Source: Patescibacteria group bacterium (lineage in GTDB: Bacteria; Patescibacteriota; Microgenomatia; Levybacterales; UBA12049). Taken from it: DNA of 62,050 nt. The notes beneath the pieces were generated by a model. It did no database searches. It saw only the letters and a program-made list of their open reading frames with translations, and had not been told where the DNA came from. A program made the translations under genes and the position numbers. The stretch is taken from contig JBBTVO010000011.1 of the NCBI GenBank assembly GCA_038063195.1, positions 1 to 62,050 on the forward strand, read 5' to 3'. How positions within the stretch are numbered: position 1 is the stretch's first letter; each line of letters begins with the position of its first letter. Positions 16,929 to 25,660 of this stretch are shown here, piece after piece.

Positions 16929-18254
16929 TTATTGAAGATTAAGCTGGCGATCAGAAAGATTAAATTTCGAAGTAACTCCTTTAAGAATCTTTACTCTCTC
17001 CTCCGGTGTTCCGAATTGAAGAACATGTAGAAGATATTCCTTAAGCATATCTTTTTGTGTCTGGGTATATATTCTGGGACTTTGATCTCCAGTATTATGA
17101 GGAGTAATCTCAGCTCTTGGAATATATTCATCTATTACTGTTGCTTTAAGATGCTGAAGTCTTTTTACTTCTACTTCAAACTCTTGCATTAGGTATGAAG
17201 TACTGAGTTTAATCTTTGGAAGGTGACTAATGAGTTGCTTAATTAGTTCCTGTTCTGTGATATATGGTTCTGGACAATCATACTTCCTTATTCTATTGCA
17301 GTGGTAATAAATGTGAGAATTTACAATATTTGCTTTAGTTCTTCTGTATTTAATCTCTGCTGTTACACTTCCACCACAACTTCCGCAGATACAGATCTTC
17401 TTGAAAGGAAAGAGTTGTTTATTCCATTGTCTGGGAGCAACTTGTAGTTGAATCTGTACCTTCTCAAAGAGTGGTTTGGTAATTAATGGTTCATATGTTC
17501 CCTTATACCACTTGTCTCCATATCGAAACTCACCGTAGTAAAATGGGTTTTCTAGTGCAACATATATCTTACTAAGTGCCATCTTGTATCCATTCTTTGT
17601 GGTAAAGGAAATATCATCAAGCCACTTCTTTATCATTCTTCCTGAAAACCCTTGATAAGCTACTTTATTAAATATTTGTTTAATAACAGGTGCACGTTCT
17701 GGATCTAGTTCTACAGTTGATATACGGTTCTCCTTAAGAACATTACGGTAGCCTATTGGAGCAACACCAGGTCTTATTCCTATTTCACATTTATTCCTTA
17801 GTCCTCTTTTTACATTTACTCCTCTGTTATCATTCTCAAGTTTTGCCTGAGAGCAGAGAATCATAAGTAGGAACTTTTCATTGGGGTTATCAGAGAACGA
17901 TTGAGAGTATGTTTTAATATGAGCAAGTTTTCCTTGATCCATTAAATCAACTATTCTTCCTAAGTCTCCTGCATTACGGGACAGTCTGTCTGGTGCCCAA
18001 GTGAGGATACTGTTATACCTTCCTTCTGTTACTCCAAGAAGAAGCTTATTAAACTCTGGTCTTTGTCCTGATTCTTTGGCTGAATGGCTTTCTGTAATAG
18101 TTTCAGTAATATTTAGCTTTTCTCTCTTGGCAAGAAGTTGCATCTCCTTCAGTTGTCCGTCAATACTCATCGCTTGTCTTTCATCTGACTCAGAAGACTT
18201 ACGGACATACAGACAGTAGGCGATATTCTGATCTAGTTGTATATGCTTTTTCAT
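16929..18254 (-). CDS. large serine recombinase
   Basis: 441 aa. Resolvase-type N-terminus (YLYVRKSSESDERQAMSIDGQ, PDRLSRN), a recombinase domain, and a Cys-rich zinc ribbon (CICGSCGG...YYHCN...DCP). Confidence 0.85.
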   Translation of the reverse strand: MKKHIQLDQNIAYCLYVRKSSESDERQAMSIDGQLKEMQLLAKREKLNITETITESHSAKESGQRPEFNKLLLGVTEGRYNSILTWAPDRLSRNAGDLGRIVDLMDQGKLAHIKTYSQSFSDNPNEKFLLMILCSQAKLENDNRGVNVKRGLRNKCEIGIRPGVAPIGYRNVLKENRISTVELDPERAPVIKQIFNKVAYQGFSGRMIKKWLDDISFTTKNGYKMALSKIYVALENPFYYGEFRYGDKWYKGTYEPLITKPLFEKVQIQLQVAPRQWNKQLFPFKKICICGSCGGSVTAEIKYRRTKANIVNSHIYYHCNRIRKYDCPEPYITEQELIKQLISHLPKIKLSTSYLMQEFEVEVKRLQHLKATVIDEYIPRAEITPHNTGDQSPRIYTQTQKDMLKEYLLHVLQFGTPEERVKILKGVTSKFNLSDRQLNLQ

Positions 18255-18356
18255 AGTCAGGATAGACAGTACCGCAAGGGTTTTATGAAGTCAAGGAGGG
18301 GGATATCGCTAAAGCTCTCCGCTTAAACAGCCTAATTGTTTGATATAATACCCGAT

Positions 18357-19172
18357 ATGTCTAGGCAGGAAAGTAGTTCATCAAAGACAAGGAATGCCTG
18401 GTTTAGAGAAGCAACCTGCGGGAGTATTCAATCGATTACTAAAGTTCTACATGAGTGCTTTCCAGATTTGACTGCAGATCATATTACGGTGGCGGGAGTT
18501 GTAGGAGTAGCGATAGGCGCAGTTATTGCAGAAACACAAAATAGAAATACTGACAACAATTTGTCAAGAAAAATTCCAACAGTTTTATTTTTGGGTGCTG
18601 CATCGATCCTGGATGCATTTGACGGAGCAATAGCTAGATTAAGAGCTAAGGAAAGCTCTGGCGCTGATAATTCTCACGGACAGCTCGTTGATGTAATAGC
18701 GGATCGAATACAGGAAGCAACTTTAGCAACTTCTCGTGCTGTCTCTGCGAATAAGAGAGGCGACAGAGCTGGTGAGCTACTTGCGTATGTATCAGAGATG
18801 AGCAATGTCGCACCCAGTCTTATGCGCGCAATTTCGGAGACAAGAGGAGTGACAGTTCCGGAAGCAGGTAGAAACGTAATTGGATTTCTGGGAACAAGGG
18901 TTGGTAGATCAATGACTGGTATAGCGTCTACAGTATTTCCAGAAATACGAGGAATACCTACTCAAAAAATTATAGATATTTTAAATATTACTGCGAATGC
19001 GCTCACGACTTATGATCGTACTAAAACTGCATTTAGCGAGCCAGAAACAGACAATCTATTACCTTCTGATAAAAGAGAAGAGGCAGAAGTCAGAGCGAAA
19101 GTATTGACTGGAATCGCAGGAGCTACTATTATATCCGCAATTGGAACATACGTAGTACTAAGAAATAAATAA
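18357..19172 (+). CDS. CDP-alcohol phosphatidyltransferase family protein (phosphatidylinositol-synthase-like)
   Basis: Motif DAFDGAIARL...GQLVDVIADRI fits D-x2-DG-x2-AR...G-x3-D-x3-D. The ATG at 18357 is 7 nt downstream of TGaTATAAT. The ORF-track start at 18336 is a TTG. Confidence 0.7.
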   Translation: MSRQESSSSKTRNAWFREATCGSIQSITKVLHECFPDLTADHITVAGVVGVAIGAVIAETQNRNTDNNLSRKIPTVLFLGAASILDAFDGAIARLRAKESSGADNSHGQLVDVIADRIQEATLATSRAVSANKRGDRAGELLAYVSEMSNVAPSLMRAISETRGVTVPEAGRNVIGFLGTRVGRSMTGIASTVFPEIRGIPTQKIIDILNITANALTTYDRTKTAFSEPETDNLLPSDKREEAEVRAKVLTGIAGATIISAIGTYVVLRNK

Positions 19173-19203
19173 GAACTCTATCTATCGATGATACAATTGC
19201 TTG

Positions 19204-20565
19204 ATGAATAGTACGGAAAGACGATCAGGGCTTAGTGTCTTAATCCATTCTCCTTATCCACTCGACAAAAGTGCACCTGGAGGAGTAAGCAGTTATGTCC
19301 AAGAACTTGTACCACATCTAAGAGATTTGGGCTGTACCGTTACGACGGTTGCTCCAAAAGTTAAAGATGCGAATAACGATGCTGCGGAATATAACTTGGG
19401 AAGAACTATGTCAATTGAAGCCATCGGAACCAAGCTTGAAGCAGGAATTACTTTCAACAAAGGCCTTGCTAGGAATATTTTAAGTAAGGTAAATCCTGAC
19501 ATAATTATTGCTCAACAGCCTGAAATGCCTCCTAATTCTGGTCACACTTTTATATCTGCAATTCCAAAAACTGAAACAGGAAGAAGACTGATACCTATAG
19601 TGGGTCAATTTCATGCCGGTAGACCATTCGGCGGTCTTGATTTAAGAACAAGATTGCTTACTGAACTTGCACAAAGATTAAGGAGACCAATATTCAAATA
19701 TGGTGTGCCAGTGGGTTTAAGCGCAACTTACGTAGGCACTTTGCGGAATGCATTGGACGGGTGGTTGGCAATTTCTCATGGTACAGAAAATTATCCAAAG
19801 GAGTTTGCCCCAGGTAATTACGAAGTCATTCCTAATGGAATTGATGTTGAAACATTTACTCCCGAGGGACCCAAATTCGAAGAATGGCAGAAAGATGGGA
19901 GGAAAACTATTTTCTTTGCTGCTGGAAGACATGATAAAAGAAAAGGATTAGAGTATCTTGTGAAAGCATTTATTGAGCTTGTCAAAGAAGGTAATGATGA
20001 TATTAAACTTAAAATTACAGGTGAAGGTACTGAAACAAAAAAAATAAAAGAATTAATCGCTCGAGAAGGTGAGTTTGATATAGAATTTCTTGGGCTTTTG
20101 CCTCGAGAAGACTTAGCAAGAGCATATAGAAGCGTTGATCTTTTCGTAGCGCCTTCACTTGGAGGAGAGGGATTCACGAGAGTTATAGCAGAGGCAAGAG
20201 CAAGCGGAGCACCAGTATTGTGCACCAATATAGACGGACAAACAGAGGCAATAGGTCCAGATTTTGAGCCATTTATGGCAGCGCCTGCAGATTACAAAGA
20301 CTTGAAGAAGAAAGTTAAAAAAATTCTTAATTTGCCTGAAGAAGGCTTAGTTGGATTAAGGATGAGATCTATGGAGGATGCCAGAAGAGAGCTTGCTTGG
20401 CCAGGTATTGCGAAAAGAAATGAATCCTACTATCGTAGAGTACTCTCAGAGGTAGGTTATCCACCCAAATGGGAAACCAGAAAAACTTTTCTAACTAAGC
20501 TTATCCCACCGCTTGGAATTATTTATGTAAGCGATAGCGCCTATACGATCAAGGAATCTGCTTAG
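19204..20565 (+). CDS. GT4-family glycosyltransferase, PimA-like
   Basis: N-terminus IHSPYPLDKSAPGGVSSYVQELVPHLRDLGCTVTTVAP, IPNGIDVETF and GGEGFTRVIAEARASGAPVLCTNIDG parallel mycobacterial PimA segments as I recall them. Confidence 0.75.
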   Translation: MNSTERRSGLSVLIHSPYPLDKSAPGGVSSYVQELVPHLRDLGCTVTTVAPKVKDANNDAAEYNLGRTMSIEAIGTKLEAGITFNKGLARNILSKVNPDIIIAQQPEMPPNSGHTFISAIPKTETGRRLIPIVGQFHAGRPFGGLDLRTRLLTELAQRLRRPIFKYGVPVGLSATYVGTLRNALDGWLAISHGTENYPKEFAPGNYEVIPNGIDVETFTPEGPKFEEWQKDGRKTIFFAAGRHDKRKGLEYLVKAFIELVKEGNDDIKLKITGEGTETKKIKELIAREGEFDIEFLGLLPREDLARAYRSVDLFVAPSLGGEGFTRVIAEARASGAPVLCTNIDGQTEAIGPDFEPFMAAPADYKDLKKKVKKILNLPEEGLVGLRMRSMEDARRELAWPGIAKRNESYYRRVLSEVGYPPKWETRKTFLTKLIPPLGIIYVSDSAYTIKESA

Positions 20566-20645
20566 ATTTGGATTTTTATTCCTAATATAATACTTTATGT
20601 TATAGGCGAAAGAGGTAGGTAGGTAGAGCAATCAGTTGACGTTAA

Positions 20646-21218
20646 TTATGAAATTAACCTCCAGACAAACGGAACAATTCTTGTAGTCGGCAGTTTGTAT
20701 TTATAAGCCACTTTGTAATACCACCTAAGATACAATTTTTGTAATACTTCGAATTGATGATTAAATACAGAGTCCTTCTGTATGTTTATTAATCTGTTCC
20801 CAACTGCTCTTTCTATTGCAACACTTAAAAATGCAAATTCAAAATCATAATCAGGATCTGCGTAGTCGGATTGATTTTGTTTTGCTATAGAGAGCTGGAT
20901 CAACTCATTTTCTACAGAAAAATAAACTTTTATTCTTTCTCTATCAGGTAATTTGTTAGTAAGAGAGAAAGTTTTATCTAAAACTAGTGCTTCCCATAAA
21001 GGTTTGTAGGGAAGACTTAGTGTTCGGGAGAGTTTTGATATTTCAGGGACAGACTTCTTATTAAAATATTTACTTCGTAATTCTTTTGGTTTTAATTTAT
21101 TATCAAATTTATATTTTGCTCTTATTCCTTGTGATATACGATAAAAAGGGTAAGAACGGAGAAATAGGAAAAGTCTTAATTTCTTAAATGCTAAACGGGT
21201 TCTTCCTGCTTTTCTCAT
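20646..21218 (-). CDS. hypothetical protein (190 aa), last gene of the Fic/AEP-helicase module
   Basis: Basic N-terminus, no motif recognised. Co-oriented 88 nt downstream of the helicase gene. Confidence 0.55.
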   Translation of the reverse strand: MRKAGRTRLAFKKLRLFLFLRSYPFYRISQGIRAKYKFDNKLKPKELRSKYFNKKSVPEISKLSRTLSLPYKPLWEALVLDKTFSLTNKLPDRERIKVYFSVENELIQLSIAKQNQSDYADPDYDFEFAFLSVAIERAVGNRLINIQKDSVFNHQFEVLQKLYLRWYYKVAYKYKLPTTRIVPFVWRLIS

Positions 21219-21306
21219 AAGATTAGGGCAGGATAATAACTATATCAAGCTGATTACTAAGTTGTTACGGGATTATAATAGAATGCAGTAGGAGATTTTT
21301 CCCATG

Positions 21307-23454
21307 TTAAGATATCCATCCGCGTTTTCGATAATATGCCTGTCGTTTCTTAAATAGTCTATCAAAATATGTTACGTGTGGATCATGATAGTCGTAGACA
21401 ACTTGATTCTTTTTAGAACGTTGGATTCTCCCTATATATTGAGTAAGCTTCCCCTCAAAAGAAAATGGGTAGACCAAGAAAAGGCAATTAAGAGATGCCA
21501 GATCTATTCCCTCACCAAATAATTGTCCTGTCGCGACAAGTACTTGAAAATGACCAAGACTTATTTGTTCTAGTTTTAATTTTCTTTTAGATGCAGAATC
21601 TTCGCCCGTTAAAGTAATTACTTCGCACTTACTTTTAAGATAAAGATTTAGGACTTCTACGTGTTCTTTTCGTTCCGTTAAGACAAGAACTTTCCTACCA
21701 TCCTGTATTTGTTTCAGGACATCATCAATAATCATCTGATTTCTCGCACTGTCATAGATAAGTATTTTTGATAAAACCTCAAATGTGTCAGTCTTATAAT
21801 CAAATGGGGCTTCGAGTGAAGTTTTCTTTATATTAAGTAAAACGTCCTGATCACTTGACGGTGAGTTTTTCAGATCCGGATTTATTTCTACAAGTATATC
21901 ACCAATGTAAAAATAAATAAGTTTTTCATCGTTGTATTTTCTTTTTGGTGTTGCTGTAAGACCATACAAATAATATGGGTTGAATTGGACAATCAATTCC
22001 CTAAATGTTTTTGCGGGAATATGATGACATTCATCAACAATTACAATTCCGAATTGATCAGCAAAACTATCAATGTCTTTTATTTTGGTAAGACTTTGCA
22101 TCATGGCAACAGTGATTTGTTTTCCAATTATTTTTTTACTTCCTGAGATTTGGCCGATTTGGTTTTTTGGGATACCTAAAAATGATTGAATTCGCTCAAT
22201 CCACTGATCAAGTAATTGTTTTCTGTGGACAAGAATTAACGCAGGTTGAGACTTTTGGACAATAAGCTCAAGGCCAATAATAGTTTTTCCTGAGCCGGAC
22301 GGCGCAACGATAACTCCAGAATCATTTCCTTCTATTTCCTTGAGTGCTTGTTTTTGATAATCATAAAGAGTAATCTTCGAATTAAATTCACTTTGAGATT
22401 TACGTTTTCGCTCGTCAACTATTACGTGGGGTATTTCGTGTTCCCGGCAAAAATCTATGAGCTGAGGAAGGAATCCTCTTGGGATATGAACAAATTCCGT
22501 TGTTTCTGTAATTAATTTAAAATACTTTTCGGTTTGGTAGGTACTTACACCAATACGTTTTTTAATTAAATATTCGGTATTTAAAAAATTAAGATTCTCT
22601 CGTAAATATTTGACTAAAAGAGGTGTAAGGCTTGATTTTTGTATCCCGATATGATTCTTCAGGACGATATTTAATGCGTTTGATTTTATCTTCGATTTAG
22701 ATTTCGTTTTCTCAATTTGAGTGAAGTTTGACTCGACCAGCGAACTATAAAGTTCATCAAGTTGATTCTTGCTTAGTTTTTGAATTGTTCGTAAATATTC
22801 CCACTGATCCGGTATAATTTCGAACGTTTCGGGATTAAGAAAAACGGTGTTGCCTTTTTTATTTGATACTCCCTGAAAGGGAAGCGCAATTAAATTGCCA
22901 AAGCCCTGTCCGCTATGATAATCTTGATTTGGGAAAAGACGGTCAAAACCTACTTCCTTTTCAAACTCAGAAAGATTGAGAGCTTTTCTAATAAGTTCAA
23001 GCATGATGGTTCTTGATTTTTGCGCCAGATATTTTTCCTCAAAGAAAACCCATATATGAGAACCGATTCCCGACCGAGAGCGTTCGATGCATGCCGGAAT
23101 TTTATATTCCTTACAAACTTTAAGAAAATTAACGCTTTCCTTTTGCCAGTTTTCTTTATCAAAATCTGCAGCGATAAAATGAGAAGTATTATCGACAAGT
23201 AGTGGATAAATACCTATCGTTTGCACGCCAGCCAAATGTGACTGGATTACTTCTGGAGTAAGCATAAGTGGTTTTTTGTTAGGAAAGTCACTAAATTTTC
23301 CGCCCCTTGCTTTAAAAGCCATGAATTCTTTCCAGTCGAGTTCGTATGCAGGCGAATATCCGTTTTTACCGTTTTTCTCCCAGCGCCTAGCATACACATC
23401 GGTTCTACCTTTGAAAAGAGACATAAAAAGATTAATTTGTTTTGTATCAACCAT
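21307..23454 (-). CDS. archaeo-eukaryotic primase (PrimPol)-like domain fused to an SF2 DEAD/DEAH (ResIII-type) helicase
   Basis: N-terminal AEP motifs FIAADFDKENW (DxD) and SRSGIGSHIWVFF (sGxGxH). C-terminal helicase motifs APSGSGKT (I), VIVDECHH (II), LTATP (III) and QYIGRIQR (VI). Confidence 0.85.
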   Translation of the reverse strand: MVDTKQINLFMSLFKGRTDVYARRWEKNGKNGYSPAYELDWKEFMAFKARGGKFSDFPNKKPLMLTPEVIQSHLAGVQTIGIYPLLVDNTSHFIAADFDKENWQKESVNFLKVCKEYKIPACIERSRSGIGSHIWVFFEEKYLAQKSRTIMLELIRKALNLSEFEKEVGFDRLFPNQDYHSGQGFGNLIALPFQGVSNKKGNTVFLNPETFEIIPDQWEYLRTIQKLSKNQLDELYSSLVESNFTQIEKTKSKSKIKSNALNIVLKNHIGIQKSSLTPLLVKYLRENLNFLNTEYLIKKRIGVSTYQTEKYFKLITETTEFVHIPRGFLPQLIDFCREHEIPHVIVDERKRKSQSEFNSKITLYDYQKQALKEIEGNDSGVIVAPSGSGKTIIGLELIVQKSQPALILVHRKQLLDQWIERIQSFLGIPKNQIGQISGSKKIIGKQITVAMMQSLTKIKDIDSFADQFGIVIVDECHHIPAKTFRELIVQFNPYYLYGLTATPKRKYNDEKLIYFYIGDILVEINPDLKNSPSSDQDVLLNIKKTSLEAPFDYKTDTFEVLSKILIYDSARNQMIIDDVLKQIQDGRKVLVLTERKEHVEVLNLYLKSKCEVITLTGEDSASKRKLKLEQISLGHFQVLVATGQLFGEGIDLASLNCLFLVYPFSFEGKLTQYIGRIQRSKKNQVVYDYHDPHVTYFDRLFKKRQAYYRKRGWIS

Positions 23455-23528
23455 AATAATAGGCTAGATTATAGCATGCACGGTTACGCTTTTGAAGTTT
23501 AGGGGATAAGTTAGGAAAATGGTTCTGA

Positions 23529-24542
23529 TTATTCTGATAATGTTTGCTTCAACTCGGCGATTGTTAAGCGTTTCTCTTTTTGTAATTTCCTGATTCTTTT
23601 TATCCTCTCAATTGCACTAGGTGAATAAAGTTGATATCCTCCCTCTGTATAATTTTCTACTTTCAGGAGTCCTTCTTTTGTCCAATAGCGAAGAGTATGA
23701 ATTGTCTCCTTGGTTTCTTTGGCAAGCTCACCAATCTTCAGAAGATTGGCCTTGGGTTTAGTAGTAAATTCTTTTAGAACCGATTTCTTGTTTTCTAAGG
23801 CATTAAGGTATATATCAAGAGATCTATCAACAGCAGTATAGATTAATTCATAAAATGGCTGTAGCGAATGTTCGCGTCGTTCAATTTCAAATGCGCGAAG
23901 ATAAATCGTTCTATCCTCATTTCGAATAATTGCCATTGGGTAGCCATTCAATAGCAGGATTAAATTCATAAGCAACCTGGTAGTTCTACCGTTCCCGTCA
24001 ATAAACGGATGAATGCCTACGAATTTGAAATGAGCATCAGCTGCAATTTTTACCGGATGCACTTCTTGCTGAGCGGAAAGCCACTCAATAAATTCATTCA
24101 TAGCGTAAGGAATTGCGTGTGGTCTTGGAAATTCGGCATCAGAGCCACGAATAAAAACCTCTGTTTGTCTATATTTTCCGGCCCAATAGTTATTGATGCC
24201 CGTTAAAATAATTTTGTGAATCTCCAAAATGTCTTTCTCTGTAATGAACTGGTGTCCTTTTCGTTCTTTTGCCAGTTGTTTTATAAACTCAACAGCTTTT
24301 GCATGATTAATTGCCTCTAATTGATCTTTTAATGGTTTTCCGCTTATAACCGCTGAAACCCCCTTTTCTATCACTTCTGCTGTTTCGATTCGCGTTAGAG
24401 TATTCCCTTCAATAGCATTGGAAGAGTAAGTAATCTCAACCTTAAGCCACTCTTCAAGATTTTTTATTAATTCCTCAGGAAGTGGTTTATATGAATCAAG
24501 TTTTTGTTTTTTCTCTGTAAGTTTAGAAAGTAAAAGGTCCAT
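23529..24542 (-). CDS. Fic-family AMPylase-type protein with N-terminal autoinhibitory motif and C-terminal MerR-type HTH
   Basis: Fic motif HPFIDGNGRTTR. Inhibitory helix motif SNAIEG, which fits (S/T)xxxE(G/N). C-terminal LKIGELAKETKETIHTLRYWTKEGLL...YQLYSPSAIERIKRIRKLQ resembles a MerR N-terminal HTH. Confidence 0.85.
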   Translation of the reverse strand: MDLLLSKLTEKKQKLDSYKPLPEELIKNLEEWLKVEITYSSNAIEGNTLTRIETAEVIEKGVSAVISGKPLKDQLEAINHAKAVEFIKQLAKERKGHQFITEKDILEIHKIILTGINNYWAGKYRQTEVFIRGSDAEFPRPHAIPYAMNEFIEWLSAQQEVHPVKIAADAHFKFVGIHPFIDGNGRTTRLLMNLILLLNGYPMAIIRNEDRTIYLRAFEIERREHSLQPFYELIYTAVDRSLDIYLNALENKKSVLKEFTTKPKANLLKIGELAKETKETIHTLRYWTKEGLLKVENYTEGGYQLYSPSAIERIKRIRKLQKEKRLTIAELKQTLSE

Positions 24543-24552
24543 AACAACATAA

Positions 24553-24581
24553 AGTATAAAGCATCACTTTATGCTTGTCAA
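24553..24581 (-). promoter_or_regulatory. promoter of the Fic gene (TTGACA-17-TATACT)
   Basis: Consensus hexamers on the minus strand, 10 nt from the -10 element to the ATG. Confidence 0.6.
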
Positions 24582-24781
24582 GAACTAAATGACATTGTAA
24601 ATGAGACACCCCTTTTTAAGGACTGTCTCGTTTGTCTCATTCAGCCTCGAGGATGAGACACTATAAGGACAAAAATCTCAAGATTTGGTACAATACTACT
24701 CATGGAGCTTATGGGATAATTGGGTTCCAGACCCAGATGCTCCGCATTGACTACTTTCTTCAAATAAGTTAAATTAAACTT

Positions 24782-25402
24782 ATGGCTGCTCAGAAAAAAG
24801 AAGAAGAATTTTTGCCGAAAGAACCGAAGGATTTACCCAAAGAACCGCTGGAACTTGAAGCACACAATGAGCATCAAGCCAAAGGGCAAGAATATCCTCA
24901 TGAAGTAAGAACCCTTCTCTCATGGACTGCTCCGGGAAGACCATTCAGAAAAAGGACCAAGCAGTATTTCCTCACCGTTCTTCTCATAATGCTTCTTGTT
25001 GAGATTATTCTTTTCCTTTTCTCGCAGTATGTTCTCATGCTTGTAGTCCTTTCTCTGGTATTTGTTTCCTTTGCTCTTGCTACAGTCCCACCCCATGACT
25101 TTCATTATAGAATTTCAACCGAAGGAATTACGGTCGAAGACCATTTTTCTCTCTGGCAGGAGCTTTACGATTTTTATTTCAAGAAAATTGAAGGAGTTGA
25201 GGTTCTTCATATACGAACTCATGATTTTATCCCCGGGGTTCTTGCAATTCCCATACAAGGGCTTGATAAAGAACACGTCAAGTCTATTCTTCTTCCTTAT
25301 CTTCCCTACAGAGAAGTCGTGCGGGAAACCTTTATGGAAAAATCTGGAGAATGGCTTGTGCGAAATTTTCCGCTTGAGAACCCCAAGCATATTGCCTCAT
25401 AA
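24782..25402 (+). CDS. membrane protein, unknown function
   Basis: 206 aa. Acidic/basic N-terminus, two TM helices, small C-terminal domain. Confidence 0.5.
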   Translation: MAAQKKEEEFLPKEPKDLPKEPLELEAHNEHQAKGQEYPHEVRTLLSWTAPGRPFRKRTKQYFLTVLLIMLLVEIILFLFSQYVLMLVVLSLVFVSFALATVPPHDFHYRISTEGITVEDHFSLWQELYDFYFKKIEGVEVLHIRTHDFIPGVLAIPIQGLDKEHVKSILLPYLPYREVVRETFMEKSGEWLVRNFPLENPKHIAS

Positions 25403-25496
25403 ACCTAAAAAAGGTAAAATGTGAATCAGGGTATAGTTACTAGCGTATAGCGTCCAGTTAACTATTTCCTAAACGCTATTTTCTAAACGCTGGACT

Positions 25497-25572
25497 GCGC
25501 TTGTAGCTCAAAGGATAGAGCATTGGATTGCGGATCCAAAGGTTGGTGGTTCGATTCCACTCAGGCGCGCCA
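25497..25572 (+). tRNA. tRNA-Arg(GCG), CCA encoded
   Basis: GCGCTTG-TA-GCTC...TTGGA-TTGCGGA-TCCAA...GGTGG-TTCGATT-CCACT-CAGGCGC-G-CCA. Anticodon GCG. Confidence 0.8.
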
Positions 25573-25659
25573 GGAGAGGTCGCATAGCGGACTAGTGCGG
25601 CGGTTTCGAAAACCGCTGTTGCCGAAAGGTAACCGTGAGTTCGAATCTCACCCTCTCCG
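25573..25659 (+). tRNA. tRNA-Ser(CGA)
   Basis: The 5' 26 nt are identical to tRNA-Ser(UGA). Anticodon arm GCGGT-TTCGAAA-ACCGC, long variable arm, GTGAG-TTCGAAT-CTCAC-CCTCTCC-G. Confidence 0.9.
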
Positions 25660-25660
25660 C

